The notes below the pieces were generated by a model. That model made no database searches and was not told where the DNA came from. It saw only the letters and a list, made by a program, of their open reading frames with translations. The position numbers and the translations under genes were made by a program. A stretch of DNA of 64,000 bases, taken from assembly GCA_050273025.1 (NCBI GenBank), contig CP158636.1, positions 11,780,001 through 11,844,000 on the forward strand, written 5' to 3'. Below are positions 14,712 to 27,779 of the stretch, one piece after another. Every line of letters starts with the position of its first letter. Within the stretch, counting starts at the first letter, position 1. The DNA is from Cenococcum geophilum (lineage: Eukaryota).

Positions 14712-16520
14712 GTTATAAAGCTTTCCTATCGGCCCTATAATATTTTTAATATTTTAATATTTTTTTTAATATTTTTTGTCTAATACTAGCTCTAATTCTT
14801 TATCTTTTTTTTTAAACTAGTAATAGTACTTATTATATAACTCCTTCTTCCTCCTCCTTTTCTTCTTTATTCTATTTTTTATTTTCTTTATTATATAAGT
14901 TTATAAGCTTTTTATCCTTTTTAAACTAAATAAAAAGGTTTAAATAATAAGATTAATAACGTGCCCTTAATAGCGAATTCTTTAATATATTATAATCTAG
15001 TTAATTTTATACTTAAGGCTAAGCTATTAGCTAATTATATAATAGAGAATATTGTTTAATTTAGTATTATTACTAATAAGAGCTCTAATCTTAATTTTAA
15101 TGCTATACTTAATAAAAACTAGACGAAGCGCCTTTTATTAATTTATACTACTTTAACTAAATACCGTATAAAGGGCAATTAAGGGGTTCCGGTATTTATT
15201 CTAAATATTAATAAAGCTAATATAGATTCTAAGAAAAAGGTAATAACTTAAAGAGGTTTAGATATCTATAGTAAGGTAAATATTTATTTTTATATAATAT
15301 CTTAACTCTTAGTAAAGTATTTAAGAATCTAGGCTATAATTGTTGGGTGGTATATAGGGATAATTAAGGGTGTTTTTTAATTTAATACTTTTATAAAAGT
15401 ATAAAACTCGAGCTATTCTATATATAAAAGGGAAAGCCATTATATAATAATTATATTTAAAAGTACCCGCTTTATACTATTTTAATATACTATACGCTTT
15501 AAAATCTTACCCTTAAAACCTCAAACTTTTCCTCTTACTAAGACCTTTTAATATAGTTTTAAAAGAAATCTCTTTCTCTAATTTTTTACTATTATACGCT
15601 CCTAATTCTCTACTAAATTCTATTTAATATTATATTTATTAAGATAGCCTTATAATCTAACGGTTAAGAAATAGTATCCTTTTAGGTCTTAAGGAGGGTA
15701 GTATTTATAAAAGTAGCGTTTCTTTATATAAGCCTTTTCTTCCTAAATTAACGTATAAGTATATTTATAAGTTAGGGAGATTTATCTTAAGATCTATATT
15801 ATATAAGTAGTTAGGATTAAACTAGTATTAGCTTTAGTATTAATGCCGCTTAAAAGGGTAAAAAGTATATTAACTTTAAAGGAATTATTATTGTTAAAGT
15901 TTTTAGGGTAAATTTTACTAGTATTAGCTATATTTATAGCGTTATATAATAGGGGGTAAAGGTTTAGTTTTATAGTTAAATTTTTGCGGATATCTAGATG
16001 TTATCTAAATATTATCCAATATCTGGGCTATCCTTAAATAGGATTATTATCCGCCCGACCGGATAGGATAATTTATCCTCCGCAGGTCTACAGTTTTGAA
16101 ATCGGTGTTCCCGCACGGACTACTTGCTTTACGGACCCTAACGTTACAAGGGATAAAGTCGGTAGCGGGGCCAAAATTGGGCAGGAATCTACGGTCGCAT
16201 AGACCTCGCCACCTTAAAACTAACTAGCTCATTAATTAGTCAATTAATCGCCTCTATATTGCCTCTTATTTAAGGTTTTAAAGCAAGTTTTAAGCCTTTA
16301 GTAATAAATTCAGCACCCTGGCGCACCCCGTGGTTCCCCTAAATACTAAAATTTCCTCTATAAAAAGGCCGTGCGGGAGTGGCTGCGCTAATTACTAGAA
16401 TTAAAGAGATGCTATATATAATATTCTTTAGGCGGTAAGCCAAATTTCCTAATTAGGAAGGTGGAAAATTAGGTATCGCAGGTCTGGGTTAAGCTTAGCA
16501 TAACCTTAGGTTACGCACGA

Positions 16521-17674
16521 TAGGGCCCTATATGGAAATTATGGACGTAGAGCTTTATGCAGTCTATAGGGCCCTAGAACACCTAAAACAATAAAGACTA
16601 GAAGAGAAACAGGTTTATATCTTTATAGATAGCCAAGCGGCTATTAAGAGATTACAGCTTAATTCTCTTATAGGAGGGCAAGAACTAGTCTTTAAAATTA
16701 CGCAAAGCTGTTCCTATCTAGCTAGTAGGAATATCTCTATTAACTTCCATTGGGTCCCTAGCCACCTAGGAATCTACGGAAATGAAATAGCAGATAAACT
16801 AGCTAAAAAGGGCCTCTCTAGAAGAAAAATATAATCTTCTTATTCTTCTTTAGCCCACCTAGGGAAACAAGCAAGAGAAAAGATACTAAAACAGTGGAAA
16901 AACAACTGGCAATAGAATAAAAGTAAAGGAAAACACTATACTAGAATCTGTAAAGGAAACTACCCTTTTTCTTTTAAAGCTACTAAGGATAAATATCCTA
17001 AAAAGCTATAGTCAGCTTTCTTTTAACTAAAACTAGGAAAAGGCTTCTTTAAATCCTTCTCTAAAACAATAGGGAAGGATAAAGAAGGTAGATGCTTTAA
17101 GGACTGTACCGCGGTACAAACCCCTACGCACCTCTTACTAGAATATAGACTATATTGGGAAGACAGAAAGGAAATGCAAAGACAAATAGGCTCTTCTCTC
17201 TCCTTAGAGAAGCTTTTTTGTATAAAGAAAGGAAGAAGGGCACTTTTTCTATTCTTAAGTAGGACAAAAATAGCTACTAGGAAGTAGCTAAGAGCAGAAG
17301 GATCTCTAGAAGGAGGCAACTCCTATTAAAGTCCTAGTAGATAGACCATAGAAAGTAAAAGGATAGAAATTAACTATAAAAAGGACAGGGACAGGCGTTA
17401 GGATTATTTATAATTTTATTCTAATTTTTTCTACTATTTTCCTATCGTTTTCTTACTACCTAATAGTTGTTAGCAACCTAGTATCTCACTAGGAAGCTGT
17501 AAATCCCTAGTTTAGGGATTTATAAACTACTAGGACATAGCTACTAGTATATATTAAGCTGCTTAGAAAGGATTCATATATATAGAACTATAGCGCCATA
17601 GCCTAGAGGCTGCATGCGCAGTATTGTACGTAGTATAATACAACGGATATAAAAAAAAAAAAAAAAAAAAAAAA
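16521..17674 (+). mobile_element. 5'-truncated Tad1-like LINE (RNase H end, 3' UTR, poly-A)
   Basis: Near-identical to 34729-35860; A24 tail; TSD GGTTACGCACGA at 16509-16520 and 17675-17686. Confidence 0.96.
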
Positions 17675-18713
17675 GGTTACGCACGACCCCCTAAGGTCCG
17701 CGACATATCGTCTAAATATTACCCCCCCATTTTAGTGGTAGCCCCTACTTTTTAGACGCGTTTTTAAGGCCTAGGTTAGTACTAGGTTAGTATAGAGGAC
17801 CTTATCGCGCGCCTTCGACCTTATCGTTGCCTTAATAATCTATTTTTTAACCCTTTTTCCATTCTTATACCCGCGTTAGCTTCTAGCTTACACGGGGCTT
17901 CTAATTTTATATAGAACGGCCTACTATAATTCTAATTCTATAATATAGAGCTCTCTTTTTCTTCTCCTTCTTTAATATTTACGCGTTTGGTGGCTTTATT
18001 TACCTATACCCACGCTATGCTTACGCGTCTTCCCCCTAACCTCTTATGGAGATAGAGTCTTTTAAGAATCTTTTTACCTTACGGTCTACTTTATAGTTAA
18101 AGGAAGCCCCCTTAGCCTTCTTTTTCCCCTCCTCCTATAGCCTTTAAAACGAATTTAAGGCCTAAACAGCACGGCTATATAATATTTATAAGGCCTAGCG
18201 CTTAAAGAATACTATAAGGACGTATAAGCTAAAGTAAAAAGAGTGGGAAGACTAGTACGCGAGACTAAAAGGTAATATAGACGGCGCCTAGGTAATAGAA
18301 GATAAGCTTTACCTATTTTTAAAGCTGTAAGTTATTAACTAAGAATTATAGGCTACTAGCTATTAAAAACAGAAGTTAAAACGGAAAAAGATATAGAAAG
18401 ATAGTAAGTAGGTAAAGAAGAGGTAGAAAATAGTTAAGCGGATAAGGTAGTTAGGGGAGAAGGTAGCTATAGGGGTAGCTATAGGGGTAGCTGTAGGGGC
18501 AGCCGTAGGTATAAGGGAGGAAGCTATAAAGGAGGAAGGGGAGATATAGGATAAGGAGGCCCTAGACGCCCTATTTAATGAGATAGTCTAATACTTAGTT
18601 ATAAATAGCTACGTCTCTACTATTACTAAGCTTTACGCGTAGTAGTTAAAAGGTAAGACCTTATAGCTGCTATAGGGGGCGAAGCTCTTAATAGTACTAG
18701 ATAGCGTCCGCTA

Positions 18714-19020
18714 TCCCATGCGCCGCTGAGGCGTACGCTAAAAGAGGCCTATGCGCGAACACTAAAACATTAACACGCTCCTCTAAAGACGTGCTCTACG
18801 CAATATACCCCTATATAAAGAAGGACCTTGCTAGCAGAAATACCTCAGCCTAATTAGGACACGATAGAGTCAATTATATATCAAGTTTAAGCTTTATTAT
18901 AATGATTTAGAGCCTTAATTCGTTGATTAAATTTACAGCTTTATTTCGCCAAGACTTGATTCAATCTAGTGACTCTAGTTGGTTCGCTTGTGCGTACGCC
19001 TTTCTCGACAGCGCATGGGA
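18714..19020. mobile_element. 307-bp MITE (Tc1/mariner-type, TA TSD)
   Basis: TIR TCCCATGCGC/GCGCATGGGA with inner GGCGTACGC repeat; TA on both sides. Confidence 0.9.
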
Positions 19021-19187
19021 TAATAAGGACCGGATTTAACGCGTTAACTTTATTAATTAAGGCCTATTTATAATTACTAGCGGCTATAATATTAAAGGGC
19101 TTAAAAAGGCGATTACTTAGTACTAGGAGATAGGCTCTAAGATACTAGGTTTAGTTAAGTCTTACCTTTAAACTATAGCTAAGTATT

Positions 19188-22100
19188 TGTCATAGTGCTG
19201 CAATAAAGTAGACTGAATAACTACGTTATGGTATGAAGAGGGGAAGAAGGTAGAAAGGGGGTATTGTATATAAATAGTAAGGCCGGCCGCTAAGTTGCTA
19301 GTGGTAGGCCAGCTAATAGTAGGGAATAGTACGAGATAGTATGAAACAGTATGCGTTAGGTTAGTGCTATAATAGTACTCCTCTCCCCTAGATAGTTTAG
19401 TCCCTAAACCGAATAGATAACTTAAAAATAGGCAGTGTACGGGGTTGCCTATTTTCTACCGCAAAGATATTAGTTCCGCTTACCGCCCTTAACCGAGCCA
19501 ATGGCAATTTTCTATGCCGGGCATAGAAAATCCTAATTGGTTAGTTCCGTAAGTAAGGTCGGCAGAACTCCACACCGCTACCTAAATCGGTCCGTGTAGC
19601 GTTTCTTGGCGAGAATTTGGCTAATTAGACAACTTTAACCGCCGGTCGAAGTTCTATAATATCTTAACCACCATAAATTTTAATCCGGTGGTCGGCCGTA
19701 ACCTTAGCATGACTTTTCCTTATCTTATACCCAGTCTGGGGGTTCTAGCTTCTTAGGGTATTGCTTATAGAAGCGCTATACAGCTTATTTGCAACCCTTT
19801 AGGTCTTCCTCTAGCTGCTAGGTTATATCCTTATAATATTTCCATTTAATCTCATAAGTTAGGTCCTAGGGGTCTTCGTTATATACATTAAGGATTTTCT
19901 TAAACTCCTATTTGTCTTCTATGTTGCCATCATTATCTCTCTCTACCACTCGTCCTTATATATTACGGCGCTTTGCGGTATTAATATTTGCTTAGCTAGG
20001 GATCTCTTTAGCAGCCTAGAGGCGGACCTTAGATATATAAAAGGATTTATTTACTTAGATATAGTTTAGGAGGTCTACTACAACTGCCCCTCGGTATACT
20101 GCGAGTATAGGGTATAAGCCGTCCCATTTATCGTCCCATTTCTTCTTAGGTCTATTTATCTTTATATTTTCTAAGCTAACCATAACTATATTACCTTCGT
20201 AGAATAACGCGCTCTTATCCCTACGGGTATTAGTATTGTCTTTATAGCGTTACTATAAAATCCAGGCTAGGGCCTTAAGCTGTATTAATATCCGCTTAAA
20301 GCGGTTAGCCACAGAGTCTACGCGGAAGAACTCCTTCTTTACTTATGCTAATAGTGTTAGTAAGCAGGGGCTAGTAGGCTCAATTCTAAGGCAAGGGTTA
20401 AAGCTATAGTTTGCAAAAAATGGGGAGATGCCTATACTTTTATTAACTTAGTTATTTATAGCAAACTTAGTAAGCGGTAGGTAGTTAACCTAGTCGTCCT
20501 ATATAAAGCTAACAAATGCACAAAGGTATTTATTTACGGCGGCGTTAATAATTTTAGTTTAGCCGTCCGTTTTTGGGTATTAGGCTAAGCTTAGTTGTAA
20601 GATTATCTTAAGGCGTTTACTTAGTTATCGCCAGAAGTCGCTAACAAATTATATACCGTAATTAGAGATAATCGTACTTAGTGCACCGTGAAGCTTATAT
20701 ACGTTGTTAACAAAGCTATTAACTAACTCCTCTATTAAGAGTCCTGTTACTAGAACGAGGTATTGCATTTTAGTTAGGCGGTCTATAATAATAAGGATAT
20801 ATTTATATGCCTTGCCGTGGCGTTAGTATACTAGCAGCGTTATAATATAGTTAATTAAGATATTGGTCCACGGGCGGGTAGGTAATTCTAGTGGCTTTAG
20901 GAAACTAGGCGGGGTAGAATAAGGGGTCTTAGTGCGAAAGTATAGGGCACAGTCTTTAACAAAGGTAGCCGTAAACTAGGAGATTCCTAGCCACTAGTAT
21001 ATTTAGTTTAAGAGATTAAGAGTCTTAACCTGGCCGGGGTAACTAATGGGGCCGCTGCTATAAAAGCAATGGGTAACTTCTAGGTAGAGGTCTAGGGCGT
21101 TAGGGATAAAGAGACGTTAGTAGAAGTAGATCTATCCGTTAACGATACTATATTTTAACTTATCGCAACGGAGTAATTTCCTGATTTTCTTTAGCTAACG
21201 GCGAGCTTTCCGATTATATAGGGCTGCCACTATATCTCTTGCGAGTTCGTTCTCCTAGTATCCCAGCCAGATTAACTTATCTAGTGACTTTTTGGCTATT
21301 TTGGGGTCTAGAGCGGCTATAAACTCCGCGTTATTAGAGTTATGGGACTTATATAGTAATTCTTTTAAGATTATAGGGTTAACTTTCTAGGGCGGTATAA
21401 TGACTTAGGCTCGGTAGCGGAGGCGTTTATTATCAGCGTCCTTAGGCCTTATTCCTAGTAGCCGGCTTAGGGCGTTAGGGAGCGTAGCTTTGCTGCTAGG
21501 TCTATATATAATTATAAAGTTAAACTGTAAAAGGAACTCTGCCCACTAAACTTAGCGCTAGTTTAACTGCTTAGTAGTTATAAACGTCTGTAGGTTCTTA
21601 TAGTTGGTAATAATTTTAAACAGCTCCTCAGTCCCTTATAGCTTAGGACGCTATTCCTCTAAAGCCTTAATAATAGCTAGGAGTTCTTTATTGTAGATTT
21701 TATAGTTATATTTTAGCGCGGAGTGCTTTATAAAGAAGAATGCGACTGGTTTTAATTTTCCGTTATTATTATACTAGGAAAGGACTCCGCCAGAAGCCTA
21801 ATTTAATGCGTCTGTCTCTACTACTGTTTTCTTTATATAGTTATAGTATGCTAGTACTAGTGCTGAAGTAAAGGCTCCCTTAAGGGCCTTAAACGATTTG
21901 GCTTGTTCTAGTCCCCATAACTATCTAATATCCTTCTTTAGGAGTTTTATTATAGGTATAGCGATAGCAGAGTAGCCTTGGATAAATCGTTGGTAGAAGT
22001 TCGCGAAGCCGAGAAATTGTTATAGTTCTTTAATTAATATTAGGTCCTTCCATTCCTATAAGGCCTGTATCTTCTTAAGGTCCATAATTATACTATTAGT

Positions 22101-25100
22101 TAAGATAATTAAGCCGAGGTATTTTATTTTAGTAGAGTAGAACTTAGACTTATTAATATTAATCTAAAGTCCAGCATTGCTAAGTCTTTGGATGACTTTA
22201 TTTACATACTTAGTATACTTGGCGCGTGTTTTAGAAAAGACAAGGACGTTATTAAGGTAGGCAGTGTAGTAGTTGTTAAGGGCGTTGTGTAAAACATAGT
22301 TAATATAGTTCTAAAATATAGCGGGTGCGTTATAGAGGCTAAATAGTGTAACTAGTATCTTATAGAGTCCGAACTAGGTAATAAATGCTATAAGCTACTT
22401 ATAGCCCTCTATAATCCGGATCCAGTTAAACGCAGCAATTATATTAAGTTTAGTAAAGTACTTAGCGCTATAAAGTACGTCAAGTGTCTCGCGGATTAGT
22501 GGCAGTGGGTATTAATTCTTAATAGTAACTATATTTAGGCCTTAGTAGTTATAGTAGATTCGTATACTACCGCCAGGCTTAGCAGCGAGGAGGAGTAGTA
22601 TGGTAGCTAGTAAGGTTAATTCGCGGATAAAACCCTTATCCAGCATCTTATTAATCCACTTCTTTATACACCTAAGTTTAGCAGATAAGAGTGGTCTATT
22701 TTTATAGTACAGGGCCTAGTTTCCGGGGGTAATCTCAATTTTATAGTCCCATAGTTAGTAAGGGGGCAGCTTGTCTACGTTCTTAGGGAGGAAGTGCTTA
22801 ATATATTTACTAAACTCCTTTAGTAGGTGTTGTAGAATATCTTTACAGGTTAATCCTGGTTTGCCTTTTAGGAATTTTTTAATATCGGTGTCAACTATCT
22901 TCCGTCATAAAAGCTTAGGTTTAGTTTTTAGATTTATCTTAAGGAAGTTATAGAAATAGGGGGGGAGTACTTTACGGGCTTCCTTTATCATATAGTCGCC
23001 TTCTACCAGCCAGCGGAAAGACCTTTCTAATAGGTTTAGTACTTCTATTAGGCCTATAGGCAGCTCTTTAAGCAGCTATTAGTGCTTATCTTATTTAACT
23101 AGTTCTACTAGCTCCGCTATATAGATCCTTATTACCTTTACGTCTTTTTATTTACAGAACTAGGTAAAATTAATAGCATAGGTGCATTTAATATCGTTTA
23201 GGTTAGGGCATATCTAGCTCTCTAGTGCTACGGCTAGGCTAATACAGCTTAGTTAGCCCGGGGGGGCGGAAATAAGGCGGCGGCCCTATACGGTACGCGC
23301 GGAAGACGGGTATAAGGTTAGGCGTTGCAGTGGCGCGGTTTCTATTATCTGGGTCTTAGTAGTTCTATAGCCAGTCCTTACTATAACGCGAGCTATAGTA
23401 TGCGTATATGGCATATAGCTTAGTTCTAGGTATTAGGCTAGGCGGCTGGGGTTTAAATAGTGCCTGGGTTGGGGTTAAATTCTTAGTAATAGCGGCGCAA
23501 AGCGGACCTTCTTCCTTGGTCTCGGCAGGGCTGGCTAGCCCGTTATTTTGGTCTTAAGTACTAGATTAGTCCAGTCTTCTACTGTCTCGTTTCTTTACAG
23601 CTGTACGGGCTCCCCTTTATTAGGAACGTCTTCTACTATTAGGGCTTTATATATAGTCCTAGGTACTAGGCTTAGTAGTGCTAAGTATCTACGTAGGGCG
23701 TCCCTACTAACGTCGGCTATCCCCCACAAGAGGCAGTGCTTAGAGTAGTAGTCTAAGTTAAAGCGGATCTTAAGTTTCCTAAAGCTAGGACGGGGCTTGT
23801 GCTTCTAGAGCCAGGGCATGCCTAAAATAATTAGGGTAGTGGGCGAGAGTTTGGTAATAAAAAAGAGCATGGCTTTAGTATAGAGGCCGATTAATATTTA
23901 GGCGGTAAAGTAGTCCGTAATAAGTAAAGTTAAAATACTGTCTATAAGGCGCAGTGGCCTAGGTACTAGCAGCTTTTTAGTTATAATATTATACTTTCTT
24001 ATAATAGACTCTGCGTTAGTAAATGCTATTATAGTACTACCGGAGTCCACTAGGCTTACTATATTGATATAAACTTAGGGGTATAGGTTATATAATAAGG
24101 AGAGTTGGGTTTAAACAAGGATTAATTTCTTATTACTATTTGCTAATCTAAGATTAAGTGGCAGTTTACTAATAGAAAGGACTAATTAATCTAGTAACAG
24201 GGACCTAATCTTCTTATCTTCCTCCTTATATAGTTTAGACCCTTAAGCGCAACTTAGTCTAAGGGTCTGCCTTTTAATAACTAGGGTATAGGGCTGTCTT
24301 AGCGGGGCGGTCCAGTGTCCGTCTAGCTGGCGGTATTGGTCTCTATTTCAGTTGGGGTATAGAAAGACAATACCTCGCCAACGACATAGCCGTGTTCGTA
24401 TTCGCTAGCGCGAAGTCGCTAATACTAGGCGTTATTAACGGGTTGGGCTCCTATATAGGGCATAGTTTGGAGTAACTAAGCCATAGGGTTAAAGGGGGGG
24501 GGTTATCTGCTGTAGCCATAATAGGCTCCGCGGTCGCCGCGTCTATAATAGACTCCACGATTACTACGTCCGCGGTTATTTGTTCATATTATTTAATAGG
24601 GTAGCATTAGGACTAGGTTTGCTATCTTAGCGGGGTTATAGGTATCCTTCTAGTGGCCAGGTAGGCTATAGGCAAGGCACAGTCTATTATTAACGCGGCG
24701 CTTGCGCTCCGTATTTAAGATTCCATTAAGGTCCATAGGTTCTCTAGTTACTGCTAGGGTTGGGGTTAATATAGGGGCAGGGGCTTAGGCAGGTAGGCGG
24801 TAGTTAGCGTTCTTCTTAAGGTTGGCTTAGTGTGCATAGTTCGCGAGGTTCTTAGCGAATATATCTATCTGCTTACTCCAACCTATATAGTCGCTATTAT
24901 TAATTTTATGGGCCAGTCCAAGTACCAGCTCTTCTATTTTTAGAGAGATAAACTTTTAGAGTAAGTTTACCTTCTATTTGTCTGTCTTCTTAGCGCGAAC
25001 TATTAGTTTATTAAGCTTTCCCTTCTAGGACTAGTAATTACGCTCGCCTTAGGGGAAATGGTTAAGCTTGTTCTTTGCAACTTGGGTTATATTAAGGACC

Positions 25101-26102
25101 TTATAGTAGGCAGTAAGGTCTTTAAGCATATCTTCCTTAGTAGGCTATTTCCATACAGATATGTTGTTTGGGTTCTTATATATAAGCTCTAGGCCCTATT
25201 TAATAAACTTATAGGCCTTGTTTTTTAGCATATCCGAGATATAAAGGATCTGGGACTAAACTGTGTTAAAGTAGTCCCAGTCTTAGTTAAAGACTCCCTT
25301 AATCTTAATATGCCAGGTCTTAAAATTAGCTTATCGTTCTAGTGGGGTGCCTTTTCCGCTAAATATTAGCGGGTCTTTAGATCTCCGTTTTTTCTGCTAG
25401 GTTACTACCGTTATTATAGGGGTTAATTGTTTTAGAACGGTAATAGTCTTTACCTGGGAGTTAATAGTTCCTATCTAAAAAGTAATAAGGGTACTAAGGT
25501 TTTCATTAGCTTTTTTGTTGGTGGTGTTTATATTATATATACACTATAGTTCTGCTTCGATGTTGTTAAGGAACTTATTGGTATAGTTAACAAGGGTAAG
25601 GTAAGCTTTGCTAGGCTCGAAGGTCTTAGGGTATAGTAGGGAGCGGCGGATTATCCACGCGATATTGGGGTATGTCTCTGTAAATAGGTCTGCGAAAACG
25701 TCATAGGGGTTCTAGGTTTCGGCTATTTCGGCGTTATTAGTGTCGCCCATCTAGGCGCTGGGTAAAAACTAAGGATTATTCTAGGACTGTGCTAAGGACG
25801 TATTGGTTTCAGCAGAGGCGTGTATAGGTTGCGATTGCTCTGGGGTAGAGGTTAATTGGCTAGGGTACAGGGAATTAGTGATCGCGATAGGGCGCAAATT
25901 AAAGATACCATAAACTGTCATAGTGCTGCAATAAAGTAGACTGAATAACTACGTTATAATATAAAGAGGGGAAGAAGGTGGAAAGGGGGTATTGTATATA
26001 AATAGTAAGGCCGGCCGCCAAGTCGCTAGTGGTGGGCCAGTTAACAGTAGGGAACAGTACGAGACAGTATGAAACAGTATGCGTTAGGTCAGTGCCGTAA
26101 CA
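19188..26102 (-). mobile_element. Ty3/Gypsy LTR retrotransposon 1, full length, RIP-degraded
   Basis: TSD GTATT (19183-19187, 26103-26107); 187-bp LTRs 19188-19374 and 25916-26102; PPT at 19378-19390; on the minus strand gag, protease (LVDSG ~24050), RT (YLNNVL from YLDDVL ~22250), RNase H, integrase, and a probable chromodomain ~19780-19960. Confidence 0.95.
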
Positions 26103-26874
26103 GTATTTATTAGGTTTGTATATACCCTACCTAGTTTATATACTTAAATTAAATAGGCTAGATACTAAAATATAGACGTAATAATAGGAGCCTACCTTAA
26201 CTACCTACCCTATATATTTATGCGGTTAATTACTAGCTTCCTAAAGAAAGAAAAGGGCTACTTTTTCCTCCGCGTATAAGAGGTGCTAGAGAAGGCCCTC
26301 TATTTAAAGATATAGCCTAAGACTAATATCTGGCTAAAACGTATAGAGGCCTACTACCTAGGTAGGGCTAATAATAAGGTTATATAGCTTAACCTTACGG
26401 GCTTAGGATTTCTATAACTCCTTTATATACTTAGGGTAATCCTATATAAGCAATTTCCGCTCTACCCCCTATAAAAGAACCCCCTCTTTAGCTATAAGGA
26501 GTATTAAAAGTTTACTATATAGGTAGAAAGCTTACTAGCTAATATAGTTACGCTAGATAAGCTAATAATACAAAAATACTAGCCCGCCTATAAGGCTGTA
26601 GCTAAGCTAAGATATAAAGCCGCAATCTTTAAGATAAAGGGGGTTTAATTACATATATAGACAATCCTAAAACGCCTTAGCGAAATAAAAAAGTTATTAG
26701 TATTATTTGCATCTATATAGATTTAGTAAGAAAAAATAGGTATCTAAATAAGGCCTATAAAGTCTATATATCTACCTTTAGGCAAGCCCACGCCGTCTAC
26801 TATAACGTTTACTATATCTACGCCACCCGCTTAGTATTACGGACCTTATATTAGCAGTAGTAGAGCTACTAAGG

Positions 26875-27252
26875 AGAGACATGCACGGGTTGGTTGTAAT
26901 AGCACAGGAGGCGCTAGAACCGATCAAGCCATAGGACGAGGGGTAGCCAAGTCACATAACACGTCACGTTACAAGTTCGGAACGTGGGAATGTGGAAATA
27001 TAGGAACGTGGGACGTACTAACGTACTAATATACCGACGTACTCAGTATATTTCTTAGGCGCAGTCTTATATAAAAATATAAAAAATTTAAAGAACTATA
27101 GTCCCTACCTAGATAGTTCTCTTCTTTGTAATAATTCTTAGAATACAATTGGAGTTAATCTGTTAGGCAACCACTCCACCAGTTATTATTGTTATTTAAC
27201 TATTCTATACCTACATACCTAGCCTATTAACGAGTTAACCATAGCATTCCTA
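26875..27252. mobile_element. Unclassified ~380-bp insertion in Crypton A
   Basis: Flanked by TAAGG (26870-26874) and CAAGG (27253-27257), a possible TSD with one RIP change; no TIR or TG..CA ends recognised. Confidence 0.4.
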
Positions 27253-27264
27253 CAAGGCTTCATT

Positions 27265-27390
27265 ACACTTAGCTGTCTATAATATCTATACTACCCACTT
27301 AGCTATCTATAATATTTATACCATCTACTTAGTCGTTTATAATATCCACACTACCTACTTAGCTGTTTACTATATCTATATTACCCCTAC
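27265..27390 (+). repeat. 30-bp tandem repeat, about 4 copies, within Crypton A coding region
   Basis: CACTTAGCTGTCTATAATATCTATACTACC-like units. Confidence 0.8.
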
Positions 27391-27779
27391 TAATATAGGC
27401 ATAAGCTAATACTTAACTATCTTTTCTATTTATCCTTAACCTATAGGCGTTGCTAGGAAAATATAAAATACTTTAAAGCGGTAATTTAGTCTTCTAGCTT
27501 TAGAATAAGTAGACTTTAGGGCTAGTAGGTAGGCCGTTAATTAAAGGTCTTAACCGCTACTAGGGGGTATACTATTAGGTTAATAGTAAGGCTATATTTT
27601 ATAGCCATCGCTATAGAATAATTAAGGATATAAAATAGCACGTAAAAGACGGTATAGTAAGAGATAAGAGATAGGCTATTAACTAGCTAGAATAGCTATA
27701 AGGCTAGCGTTCTTTAGATTAGCTTTATAAAAATATTTAAGGCGGGAAAGACTCCCTTTTAGGTAGTAGATAATACCTA

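Larger units (their letters stand above)
2176..16090 (-). mobile_element. hAT DNA transposon relic in three pieces (2176-2592, 8241-8617, 14717-16090) split by Copia insertions
   Basis: Reverse complement of the pieces matches the hAT transposase at 36428-38716 (e.g. TACTATCTAGCGGCAC, AAGCTCT.GGAGAGATTCC); terminus CCGCAGGTCTA at 16080-16090 resembles the TIR CCGCAAGTCTG. Confidence 0.82.
18017..27740 (+). pseudogene. Crypton tyrosine-recombinase pseudogene (N-terminus, AGRW...GAYL segment, C-terminal GCR1_C-like domain), interrupted
   Basis: RIP-reverted readings KNTIRTYxxKQKEWEDWC (~18205), DGAWVTEDKLxLFL (~18280), AGRWNTDxMxGAYL..LPR.FMRSIAGF (~26156-26240), LWNEWTLGL.GGPSI (~27500); same architecture as the gene at 41863-44107. 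Confidence 0.8.
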
